DNA of 64,000 nucleotides, from positions 2,356,001 through 2,420,000 of the forward strand of contig CM038998.1 of the NCBI GenBank assembly GCA_017499595.2, given 5' to 3'. Source of the stretch: Psilocybe cubensis (lineage: Eukaryota). A program made the position numbers and the translations under genes. Positions 24,797-36,732 of this stretch are shown piece by piece. How positions within the stretch are numbered: position 1 is the first letter of the stretch; every line of letters begins with the position of its first letter. Under the pieces are notes generated by a model that worked only from the letters and a program-made list of their open reading frames with translations, was not told the origin of the DNA and ran no database searches.

Positions 24797-25101
24797 GTGC
24801 AATTGGCCATTGCAGTTTATACCATTTGCTCAAACAAGTCACACTTTGATCCAGCGTGTAATACCGGTTCACAATATAGGTAATCCGAGAGTCGCTTTAC
24901 ATCATTTCGAAGGACACCAGACAGGGCCGCTGGAAGCCGCTGAACGACCATCATTCACAACTATACATAGTTAAGCATTTTTTACCACAATGTCGAAGCA
25001 CAAGGCTGTAAAATAATGTACATAAAGAAAAACCCGTATTATATGACACAAGGAAAGCGGAAGCGTTAGTCAGGCAGAGAGACACATCAAACAGTTGTAT
25101 C

Positions 25102-26598
25102 CTAAACTTTTCCCGCACAGCAACTTCTTATAACCCGTTGGGAAGGCGTGGCGTTTTCATGCGTTGCGACGGGCATGGCGATATGTGTCGGCGGCGCATC
25201 TTCTCGCGAATCAGCGCAGCATCCCGCGCAAGATGTTCTGCAAGAGCATCGGCCGTCCGGGCAATTGCACTGACCCCCACAACATTCCAACTTTGGAAGG
25301 TTGACCACGCCGAAACCAAAGGGTTGCGTTCGTGGCATTCTTGAGGAGTCTGGGTAAACAGTGGTGTCCATGGGATCTATACTGTGTGACCACATTTTGC
25401 GGTTAACTGGCGGAGGGGGAAGGGCTGCCGCTATGGCAAAAAAGCGATTTAAAATAGAACCTCCAGGAACATTAGGCGATTGACTTGTGCTTGGTAAGTT
25501 TGCGCCCATGCTGGGATCAACGCAAGTACCGCATCCGTCACGACAGTCTTTCCTGTTGTGATTGGCGTGTAGAGGTCCTCGATGTTCCACACAACCGGGG
25601 CAAGAGCATCTGACACCACAGGTGCAACCTGTTCCTGCGAGGGAATGTATTTCGCTCATGGGAGGCATGGTCGGAAACTCTGGCATTGCTGAGCTACGAG
25701 ATAATGGAGCAGACAGAGAAGGGGAATAGTTGTAAATCGGAGCAAGATCTGGACCTGAGGATTGGGTATATGTTTTGTCATCTTTGTGGCGTTTGTTTGA
25801 TGAATGGCTGGGAGAAGAAGGACGGGAGCGGCGCGTTTTCTCCCTCGAGTCGATATCTTTTCGGACATGGGCAGTTTCTTCTGGTATTGGAGTACAGCAG
25901 CGCAGAGCAGCAGCACGGGCAAGTGTGGCCAGGGCATCGGTTGAGCTTGGACCTGATGATCCGGACGCCGTAGAATTTCTGCATTGGCAGTTCCAGACGC
26001 TCTTGCAGTTGCAGGGGTTCAATAATGAGTCCACTGGAGGTCACAAGGGATTCAGAAAAAAATAAACGGAGTAATCTGAACATATTTGGTATACCTCTCT
26101 GCCTGGAATCAGGGGGGATTGATGACGATGTTTGAGAGTTTTCTAAAACATCTCTTAGCCCGTTGGGTAAAGCAGGAACAATGGGTATGAAGCGCCTCGC
26201 TAGATAGAAATGGGTCAAATGAGTCCGATCATTGTGGGTGGATGCATACTCTTGGAGATAGAGGTGGAAGACAAGGGCTGGACGGCTGGAGCATCGTTTT
26301 TCAGAGGATTACAGTTGCATTTTGAGTGGAATTTCTTCGACTGGCGTAGTTCACGACACTTGGTGCACTGGGATACGGGGCGTCCTTTCTTCTTGATTTC
26401 AAAAAGTGGGCGATCTGTATGGTGACAAGAAGATGATCTGTGGCCTTTGATGCAAGATTCGCTATGCAACATATCAGACATGGGACGGAACAATAGAAGA
26501 GAGATGGCGCGCACCAAGCGAACTTCTTGCTATTGACGTAGACCTGAGGAGAGAATTCAGCAGATATACTACGGGGGATGTGGATGGGACAGTACCAT
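25102..26598 (-). CDS. Copper-fist (Ace1/Mac1/Cuf1 family) transcription factor with Cys-rich C-terminal clusters; first coding exon is only ATG
   Basis: Spliced MVYVNSKKFACESCIKGHRSSSCHHTDRPLFEIKKKGRPVSQCTKCRELR; GCTCGVRCSCPGC; CCGGQCNCPDGRCSCRTSCAGCC. Confidence 0.92.
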
Positions 26599-26872
26599 GG
26601 AGGTGCAAGTTGAAGAAGAACAAGTGCCGTTGGTAAATGATGTCGGACCAGGGTCCGGTGAGTACTTAAGAGATATACATACGCCCATGTGACCAAGCTC
26701 ATGACGGACACTGGCAGCGTGGGTTTGGCCATTCCTATTTCTAAATCCCTCAATACGGCATTGTCATTAATATTCTATCACTAGAGTACACCTTATTCTC
26801 TATCTACGCCGACATATATTGTGCCATACTACAACAAGTAAGAACGAAGCTGTCTCAATGCGGAGGGGGTAT

Positions 26873-27858
26873 TTACCTGGCGTGTTTGGCCTCTTTTTGC
26901 TGAGACTCTAGTTTCTTCTCCAGTTTTGAGAATTCACTAAGTGCAATCTCTTCTTCTGGGTCCAGAACCTCCAAGTTTATTCCTAGTTAGCTTTTCGTCC
27001 CAGAAGTTAGCATGACTATATAACTTACCTGTTCCACGCCCTTCACCTCCGGGATGTAGTGCATAAGCATTCGTTCAATACCGCTTTTTAGAGTGACTGT
27101 GCTAGAGTCGCAGCCTCTGCAGCTTCCCTTGAGTTTCACCTTTACCAGTCCGGTCCCGTCTTCATCGAACCCACGGTATTCGATATCTCCTCCGTCTTCC
27201 ATAATAGCCGGTCGGACTCTAGTCTCCAGCAATTCTTTGATCATGGCCACAGTCTCAGAATCTGTGTCCAAAATGCGAGTATCTTGCGGTCCGGCTCTCT
27301 CTCTGTCCTCCTGACTTGTGAAAAGAGGTTTCCCAGAAGAGAAATATTCCATCAAAAGAGAGAAGATCTCCGGCTTTAGCACCCGCCAGTGACTTTCAGA
27401 ATCTTTTGATACAGTAATGAAATCGGGACCGTAGAACACAGTAGTCACGCCCTGAATTCCCATGAGGTTCAGGGCCAGCGGTGACGCAAAAGCAGACTTT
27501 GCATTGAGAAATTCTGCGGTGCCTTCTTCACCCATGACCGGAACCCCCGGGATGAATTTCAGAGAGTCATCGTTCGGCGTCGTTTCAGTTTGGATGAACA
27601 TGGTTCTTTCTGAAGTAATGTCAGCAAGCTATATGGATCGCATACAAGAACTAACCCACTTGAGCTGGTGTGCGGAGTGACCGGTAGATAGTGCTTTCTA
27701 AGCGTTGAGCCAGGGACTGATGAGGTGCCCAGAGTCATCGACCGTTGCTGTAGTACCGAGCATGAAAATAAACGAGAGGCGTGATATGCATGTATCCTAG
27801 TACTTGAAGGCTTAACAGCTTGTTTAGTTAAGAGGCGAAAGGGAGAGAGGGACGACAT
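26873..27858 (-). CDS. NFU1: Mitochondrial Fe-S cluster carrier Nfu1; spliced
   Basis: MFIQTETTPNDDSLKF, IKELLETRVRPAIMEDGGDIEYRGF, LKGSCRGCDSSTVTLKSGIE; Arg/Ser-rich presequence-like first exon. Confidence 0.96.
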
Positions 27859-28001
27859 GGTGGTTAATAGTGGAGATAGATGAAAGCCTATTGGCCAGCA
27901 AGTAAACACCCGCTCCGGCGTGACCAATCACAGCCAATCACCATTCAATTGCTTCCGTCTCATATCATCATCTCACAAAACCATGAAATTGGTGGCAAGA
28001 A

Positions 28002-30026
28002 ATGCTTGATTTTCATACATTGCTCAAGCTAACCGCCCATTGCGTGCTGATAGCTGCCTTTACTTTCTTAGTATGGCTCACTTGGAATGTCTTCAGACCA
28101 CGCAGTCATCACTCCATGCGCTCAGCGGCCATTCTAGTCCTAGGTGACATAGGGCGCAGTCCCAGGATGATGTACCACGCCCAAAGCTTTGCAGAGAATG
28201 ACTTCACAACTGACATTATTGGATATGGCGGTAGGCTTACTAACTTTCTGTCACTTTCTTATCCTCAACATCTTCAGGATCCAAGCCAATTCCATCTCTA
28301 GAACGCTTGCCAAAAGTCCGAATCCGACACATTCCCGAACTGCCCAAAATACTGCACAGGCTACCATTCCTCCTATTGGCCCCACTTAAAGTTATGCATC
28401 AAGTTATTAACATACTCCTCTGCCTTTTGGTATGGATTGAGATACCCCCCGAATTTATCGTCGTACAAGTACGTGTGTTACCAATTGTTCGACTGAATAC
28501 TTACTATCTCCTAGAACCCCCCCAGTATACCCACGCTGGCACTTGTTCAGTTAGTCGGAAGAATGCGCGGTAGCAAAATTATCATCGACTGGCATAACCT
28601 CGGTTACACCATCCTTGCGATGCGTCTCGGAAGCACCCATAAACTTGTCAAAATTGCCAAATGGTACGTGACATCTAGTCGGAGAGCCGAACTGCGATGG
28701 TGAACGCTGTTCCAGGTTTGAAGCAACCTTCGGATATTCTGCGTATGCACATTTATTTGTTACTCGTGCCATGCGAGATCATTTGGTCGAAGAGTGGGAT
28801 TTGCAGTAAGCCGTTAGGGTAATTCGGTAGACTCACCGCGCCTAACTCTACCAAGAGGACACAAAATTGTATTGTACGACCGCCCACCACAAAGCTTCCA
28901 TCGCTCTTCTGTTCAGGAAACCCACGAGGTATTTGGCCCCTCTCATCCTTGACAACATATATCTATTTGAAATTTGCAGTTGTTCCAAAAACTCCACCCA
29001 GCTTTGTCTTTGAACAATGATTTACAAAATTTTCTGCCTGACGCTTCTCCTCCCTATTCGACGTATATGACCCAAACAAGTACTCGGCTTACTTCTCCAA
29101 CAGGGTTTCCTATCACTCAGACTGTCACAACATACACAAATGTAGAAATGCCTAAACTGAGGCCAGACAGACCCGCCATTGTCGTATCAAGTACCTCATG
29201 GACTCCTGACGAAGACTTCGGTATATTGCTAGACGCTCTGAAAATTTACAACGCTCGCGCAGAAGAAATTTTTAAAGCCAAAACGACCAAGCCAAAATTA
29301 CAGCTACCAAAGCTCTTAGTGATCTTGACAGGAAAAGGACCTCTGAGGGATAAATATATGAAGGAGGTGGGAGTGTTGCAGAAATCATGGAAGTGGGTAC
29401 GATGCATAAGTATATGGCTCGAGGCAAAAGACTACCCGATCTTGTTAGGTTTGTCTCTAATACAACATGTGGGGATGATTCGACGATTCTCATTGATTAC
29501 CAGGAGCCGCTGACCTGGGCGTTTGTCTGCATTCCAGTTCTTCGGCGCTTGATTTGCCTATGAAAGTCGTTGATATGTTTGGATGTGGGCTCCCAGTGTG
29601 TGCACTCGATTTTGCATGGTATGTATCTGATTAGCCTCTGCACCTCTTCCTAAAGATGTTGACCAGTTACAATTACAGCTTGAACGAACTTGTCAAAAAT
29701 GGCAAAAATGGTCTCATTTTCAAAACTTCTTTGGAACTAGCGTCCCAATTTGAGGTAAATTATTCACAATTTGTCAGAGTCGGCGTTCTGACCAACGTAT
29801 TATTTTCAAGCGTCTGTTTACTTCGTTTCCCAACGCTCCTCAACTGGCGCTTTTGGCATCATCCCTAGCAAATTTATCTGGGTCGCCGTCAACCCCGACA
29901 AATCCCCACATCCCCAAACCTCATTCCAAGCTAGACCATGATGCTGATAGCTGGCACTGGAGTACATGGGAAGAGAATTGGGGACGGAAAATGAGACCTC
30001 TGATTCTCAGCGATGTCAACCTGTAA
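28002..30026 (+). CDS. ALG1: Chitobiosyldiphosphodolichol beta-1,4-mannosyltransferase (GT33); many introns
   Basis: [77 protein letters not shown]. Confidence 0.96.
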
Positions 30027-30105
30027 CTCGTATTTAACAAACAAATTGCGACATTATGGCCAGTCCCTAATTAAGTTATGTAGGAAGCGGGTAGATTTTT
30101 TGTGA

Positions 30106-31145
30106 TCAATCTGAACTTGTGGCAGGGGTATTGGCGGTGGCAGCGAACGACAAGGTCTCAAGGCGACCTCTGCCTTTACATTCCTTCTGAAGTAGTTCAT
30201 TGATGACACGGAATTGGCCTGGATCGATCAGCATCGTCTGTAGAAGAATTTCAATAAATGATGCAATGGAAAGAAGTCTCTAAACGCACTACTTCCCAAT
30301 CCAACTGTCCTGTTTCATCATGTTCCACCTTTTCAGCGGCTTCGAGTATTTTTTGGCGGAGCTTGTCAGCGTCGGTGGTTGGCATTGCGACTTTGATCCT
30401 CATGCGTGCTCGTTGAATGGGAAGATTTGAATCACTTTGCAATAGCTTGATGCATTCAGATACCTGACTCTTGGCGTTCTTATTTTGCTTGATGCTATAT
30501 CCCGCCTCTGCCATCGCCTTTTCGATCATTCCAACTGGGTACGGTCGTTGGGTGGCCGGATCTACACATTTCTCTGCCACGAGCGTAGCGATCTCTTTTC
30601 GTAGGGTTTCCAAATCGTGATCTCGTTCCTTTTCGCCGACTTGAAGTTCGCCTTTTTTCAGAATCTGTAGAGGTGCATTCATTTAATAGATTGGTGTTGT
30701 GATGAAAAGATAATATTACCTCTTGAACGACTTCAGAAACATCAACCTTGCCGAAAGCTTTCTGTAGATCTCCACTCTTGGCAACTTCTCCCTTTGAGAC
30801 GTTCACAAAAACATTGTTGACTTGTAAAACGTCATCTAGATTGGTTTCGCTGTTAATCCATGAGCACATCACATTTTGCTTCGAAGCAAAAGGGAGAGAT
30901 TTACACTCCGTTTCTGTATTCCTGCACTTTGTTCTTGTAACACGCGATCTATCCGTTAGAGAGATTAGGTCCGTAACGGACATGTGTTAGGTAGATGGGA
31001 CATGCTTCAAATCTTTTCCCTCCTTTCTTTAGGCGTACTATTGAGATATTCGTCAATCTATGGACAACAGAAGTCAGTATGTCAAAGTGTGATAAGTAAA
31101 AGATATGAACTTGATCTGATTAGACGGCTGACGGAGTTGAGGCAT
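30106..31145 (-). CDS. SDO1: SBDS/Sdo1 ribosome maturation factor; spliced, includes a GC-AG intron
   Basis: [65 protein letters not shown]. Confidence 0.96.
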
Positions 31146-31294
31146 GATAGAGAATGTTCAAAGTACCTAGTTTGCAAGAGTGTCAAGATGGGTTAAAAGA
31201 TGAGATTCAGATTCAAATAGAATCTAATGAATGAATAATAGAGAGCAAAAAGTCGGTGCCGAATCCTGAGTCGAGCAATAATCTAATCATAATG

Positions 31295-31306
31295 CACGTG
31301 ACGTCA
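31295..31306. promoter_or_regulatory. Overlapping E-box (CACGTG) and CRE (TGACGTCA) in the SDO1/RVS167 divergent promoter
   Basis: sequence cacgtgacgtca. Confidence 0.35.
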
Positions 31307-31580
31307 TAGCGGACATCGACTAGTTTTTGCAAGGTTTTCGCGTATTATGTATCAAGATCCAAAACATTACATGCAATTCATAAGGATATTAACGAGCTGT
31401 ATGTGGGCGCGGTCATGAATTTATTATCGAGCACGAAGAAGGGGAGGAAAAAGCCAAGCCCTTACCCATTTTACGGCTGTGCTGTGAAGCGTGGGAAATT
31501 CCAGGGCTGCGCCGAGATAGACAAGCGCGTTACCTCTTCTATCTCCTCTCCGAGTATACTTCCTCACCAGTGACGCCAAA

Positions 31581-33489
31581 ATGAAGGGAATCGGAAAGGC
31601 GCTGTCGCGGTATTACTATCTCTTTTCTTCTTGCCATACCATGTAAATTGATCTGGCTTAAACAGAACGCCGTTCGCTGTTACCAGCAAGATTGGCATGG
31701 CAAAGAGTGAGGATGTCCGCGTGCACAGGGGAATTTGAGGCCCATATTGACCTATCCTATCCATATCTTCAGGGTCTGTTGATCCCGAGTTCGACGATTA
31801 CCAGCGCCATTTCGCTTCTCTCGAGCAAGCTGCTGAGAAAATTATCAAGGATACCAAAGCATTTACAGAGGCTGTCACAAGTAAGATCCATTATTCACTC
31901 TACATTGCAAAGTGTAATTGACGGATGCTTCCTTTGTGTCTTCATTTATCTCCTCTGTTATTATTTCCGCCTCAAATGCACTTCTCTGTATTCGCTTTGG
32001 TGTCCAGATCTCTTCACAGCCGGGGCCGGCTTTGCAACTCATTTCACTGTTATCTTTCAACCTATTGCTGGGGAATACGATCTCATCGGAAAACATCCAG
32101 AGGCTGCACATACCATTCGTAATGTTACCAAATACGAGACCGCTATGCAGGAATTGCGAGAACTTATCGGTCCCGAGTTGGAGTTGATAGAGACTAGGAT
32201 CTCTGGCCCTGCGAAGGAGCTCCAGTCAGTGATGAAGCTTATTCGTAAAACCATCACAAAACGAGATCACAAGGTATGTCTGGCCTCGATATATCTTGTT
32301 ACTGGTCATCGAATACTGATAGATATTCCTTGCGTAGTTGACTGACTATGATCGCTTCAATAATTCCTTGACGAAACTGAGGGACAAAAAGGATAAGTCA
32401 TTGAGCGACGAGAAGAACTTGTTCAAGGTTTGTCAATTATGCATGATCAAATATACTTTACTGACCATGATTATAGTTGGAACAAGACTTTGAAGTTGCC
32501 ACCAATGAATATGAGTATATCAACAATGCATTAAAGCAGGATTTCCCTCGTTTCATGATGCTTGCGACCCAATTTATTGATCCACTATTCAACTCTTTCT
32601 TTTATATGCAGTGGGTGTTGTCATCATTATCATGTCTAGAATACAAAGTTCTGAATCTTTTTGCAAATATTCGCCATTTACAGACTCAACATCTATTATT
32701 TGCTTTTGGAAAAAATGCACAGTTTTGCGGATGAGAGCAAATACGATGTATCAAATGTACCTGGTGCCCAAATCGCTCAAGAGTACGAAGAAAAACGCAC
32801 AGATGCATGGAGTGTCATCGAGAACCTTGGTATCATCAAGCGCATCGTCTCAGTTTGCAAGTGTTCATCTGAGTATTATAATTCATACAACTAACAGTGG
32901 TCGTGCAGCAAGACTTGTACAACAATCTCGAGCGCAGAACAGCCAGACAAGCCTTGGCCGGTCTGCGACGACATCGACGACTGCCTCTCCATCCTCTAGT
33001 CTGAGAGCAGGTGCACCTCCCACACGGTCTGTATCTGGGGCATCCTCGTACACAAAGGCCGCACCACCACCTCCCAGTTCGTTCCAAGCTGCGGCACCCC
33101 CGCCATATACCCCCTCTTCAAGCGCAGGAGCTAGTGCTGCTGCGACGAAAAGGGCACCGCCACCTCCGCCACCATTGAAGCCCAAGCCCAAGGCAGCGCC
33201 CGAAGTAAAATACGTGGTCGCACTGTACGATTTTACGGCCCAGGTACGATGGATGGATAATTGTAGATTGCTTGGGAGATTCTAACTTGTTAACAGGCGG
33301 ACGGCGATCTGTCGTTCAATGCGGGTGACAGAATTGAACTGGTGGAAAAGGCAGAGAGCGCTGAAGACTGGTGGACTGGACGGCTAAACGGAGTGCAAGG
33401 AGTGTTCCCCGGTATGTCTTCTGGATGGCAGATACGACATGGCAGCTGATTGACTGGTTTGTGCAGGAAACTATGTGCAGGAGACATAA
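31581..33489 (+). CDS. RVS167: Amphiphysin-like BAR-SH3 protein Rvs167/Hob1; spliced
   Basis: MKGIGKALSRTP, KTITKRDHKLTDYDR, Pro-rich linker, SH3 VVALYDFTAQADGDLSFNAGDRIE...WWTGRLNGVQGVFPGNYVQ. Confidence 0.93.
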
Positions 33490-33518
33490 GATGAGATAAT
33501 AGTAGTTAGTACAAGGAT

Positions 33519-33538
33519 AATGGGGAGCATGTGATTGG
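33519..33538 (-). promoter_or_regulatory. CCAAT-N12-ATT (CBC:HapX-like) upstream of ISA1
   Basis: minus strand ccaat cacatgctcccc att; second CCAAT at 33586-33590. Confidence 0.35.
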
Positions 33539-33634
33539 ATGATCGGATTAGTACATAGAGTACAACAAACGGAATATGACCAAAGCCAATTTGTTTCTTC
33601 GTCTCTACTAGCTCTCGTCTTGGATATCGTTTCA

Positions 33635-34346
33635 ATGGCTCTCTCTCTTGCTCGAGCTCGCTGTTCAATACCCATTCCCCTCCATGTCTCGTCTACAATT
33701 ATTACCCGACGAGCAATGATGTCCGCCCTGCGTCCAGGCCCCACTCACCGCTCCCCACCGGCACTGCCCGACTCGCCTCCAGTGCCCATACCAGCAGAGC
33801 GCTCCCTCTCTCCAGACGCAGCAGCTCCCCAGACAGCAGCTCCTCCGCCTCCGGTTCCCAAAGCGGAGAAACCGAGACCCAAGATCCGCTCAACCAAGGC
33901 AGCACTGACCATTGTACGCCCCTTTCTTAAATCCGCTTCCGCATCCCTTACCATCTGACGCTCCAACTTTGCAGACCAAAGACGCTGTCCTACGCCTTCG
34001 CAACCTTCTTAACAGCCCAACACCGCAACTCATTAGAATAGGTGTCCGGAACAAGGGATGTGCGGGGCTGTCGTATCATCTGGAATATGTCGAAAAGCCG
34101 GGTAAATTCGACGAAGTAGTGTCGCAGGACGGCATTCAGGTTCTCATCGACTCAAAGGCTCTCTTCTCAATAATTGGGAGTGAGATGGATTGGAAGGAGG
34201 ACTCACTAAGGTGCGCACTTTTCTTGGTAGTTGCTCCTGCCATGATGTTGAGATATCGTGTTGTCCTTAGTTCCAAGTTTGTCTTTAAAAATCCTAACAT
34301 CAAGGACGCATGCGGATGCGGGGAGTCCTTTAATGTCGCCTCATGA
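33635..34346 (+). CDS. ISA1: A-type Fe-S assembly protein Isa1; two introns
   Basis: KAALTI, IRIGVRNKGCAGLSYHLEY, IDSKALFSIIGSEMDW, FVFKNPNIKDACGCGESF. Confidence 0.96.
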
Positions 34347-34647
34347 CAATGCTATACAGACAAGGCGATCTTCCAACGTCTTTCGTGAGACGAGAAGCAT
34401 TCTCTATTCATTTATCCTGCTTTCTGGCTATTTTTTATCATCACATTTTGTATCACTACTGCATGGACCATCCCCCTCTCCGATCTAGAAGTACCCTCTG
34501 CTGTATCACCGTTAATAGAACCCACTATTGCATCATTGTAATCAATCCTCCGGGATTGTTCAACTTCCATTCGGCAACAAGGACATCATCCAATTACAAT
34601 CCGAAATAAATATCAATATTAAATAACCAATGCCTACATAGGTCTGG

Positions 34648-35870
34648 TCAAGTCTGGTCTAGGGAATCCATCAAGATGTACGAATTGTCAATGCTCGACG
34701 CAAATGTGCCGACTACCGAAGGTGCCCCACTCATATCCTCCGGCGGATCGACCTGCTTTTGTTTTCCTTTCCACTTGCTGTTGCTTCTGAGAGAAAGGTT
34801 CGACAATTGACTTTTTGCTTTGTTTTTGCTGGGTTCAACTTCTGTGTTAGGAGTCTCTGTAATGCCAGCTACCTGAACTTGCAGATTCAGACTAATACCT
34901 CGCAGTGAACGTATGGGCTTTGGCTGCAAGATTGGTGTTGTGGTATTTATTGGAGGTAGACTTCGAGGCTTTTTGGAGCCGCCTGATGCTCCTGGAGAGG
35001 CGCTCTCCAGCGTCGACATGTTCAATGTGGTAGTAGAAGATGTTTGGGTTGATACTTGGTTTGGAACAACGAGCACATGGTCTTCGGTCGATACTTTATA
35101 GGTCGTCGATTCCGCAGTTTTCCCGGCGTAGAATCTTGAGGATGTCGATGATTGATCTGGCGCATTATTAGACAAAATAGTGATCAATGGTCTCTGGGAA
35201 TATGACTTGTTGGACTGCACTGTTTGAGCTGGAGTATCTGGACATTCCTGAGTAGAAATGAGCACCGGTGACGGAGAGTTCTTTACAGAAGTTGAGACAG
35301 ATGGATGGTAGAATGACTGGGTAGATGTATATGAATGGGCACCAGCATCAGATTTCACGGGTATGGATGTTTGCATGAGAGAAGGACGTGCCCCATTTAC
35401 GGTCATCCGCCGCGTCCCAGGAGCTAAACGTGTGCAATCAAAAAAGTTCCGTGGGTGGTGGTTGTCTATATGAGGGGACACAGGTAAAGGTGAGGATGAC
35501 GTAGCTGAAACAATTGAACATTTGGAAGAGAGACAGGCGGCCTCTTCGGGGGCGGGACAGTTGGAGACCGACGGTCGTCGGAGAGATGCAGATGAAGACC
35601 TGAATCCCAAAGGGCTGCTGGCTCCTGTGGATGGTATTACTCCACTGCTAGCGTATAATTGCTGAGCGACAGTAGCGCGTCTATTTCGTTGTGTTTCCCG
35701 AATAATAGTATTGATTGAAGCAGACGAATTTTTCCGAGGACCAATAGGCTTCTGAAGGCAACGGGTAGACCTTACACCCTCTTTGACCCGCGCAGGGGCA
35801 CTCGATGGCTGTTGGTTATCCAAATCGCAAGGATGTGCAAACGATACTCGAGGTTTCTCCGCATACAGGT
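34648..35870 (-). CDS. Hypothetical Ser/Thr/Pro-rich protein (5' exon(s) uncertain)
   Basis: 391-aa open frame preceded by an AG acceptor near 35882; no family recognised. Confidence 0.5.
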
Positions 35871-36732
35871 CAACATAGTACCTAGATGTCGGTTAGAATG
35901 ACAGTAGATGGTGATAAATTATGACAAATTATTTAAACCGACCATATTTGCCGCCTGGCAAAATAGCGTCAATCATAGGACACTACGTGAGTTTAGAGGA
36001 TACTATGACTCACTGAGAATCGAAATGGTCCGCCCACCCTTCAGGAAGGGTCCTGGTATCAGGATTATGAAGCGAATGCTGCATCTTCTGCTAATCACAG
36101 GTTTGGGGCGAAAGGGTCGGATAGGACGCCAGGCCTTAACATCTTTGCTTTTATTTAAGAGGGACGATGACCCAAAAGTAAAGTGTTTTGATATGAAAGG
36201 TCACGTCAGGAGCTAAAAGAAGCTTGAGAAGAGGAAAACGTTCATTCCACATTGGCACAAGTGCAGTCCGCATACGAAACGGAGTTCTCAGCAAAATAGC
36301 AGCATCGAGACCGAGCCTCACAGGATGTAACTCCTGCGTCAGGTAATTCCTGATAAACTACGTGATCAACAACCACCAAAAAGCTCTTGACAGAAGGGAA
36401 CTTTGAGATTGTACTCGGGCGCCGGAATGCTTCTTCAGCACTTATCAGTGATGCCAACACGACAGCAAAGAAGAGCTGACAAATCCGTATATATTTAAGC
36501 GTTCTTATGAAGTACTTGTTCAAATCTGGAAAACTGCTTGAAACTGCTCGCATTTTCCGTAGTTGCCGCAAAATCAATTTTAGCGATTCATAGCGTTTGA
36601 AGCTCCTCCGATCACATTGTTGACTAGAGATTATTGCCAGTGGGATTGCGGTGATGAATTTGCGAGACCAGGGTTGTGGTGACCATAAGGAGCACGGACA
36701 TTTCCCAACGCATTTTGAGCGAGAGGTTTATG

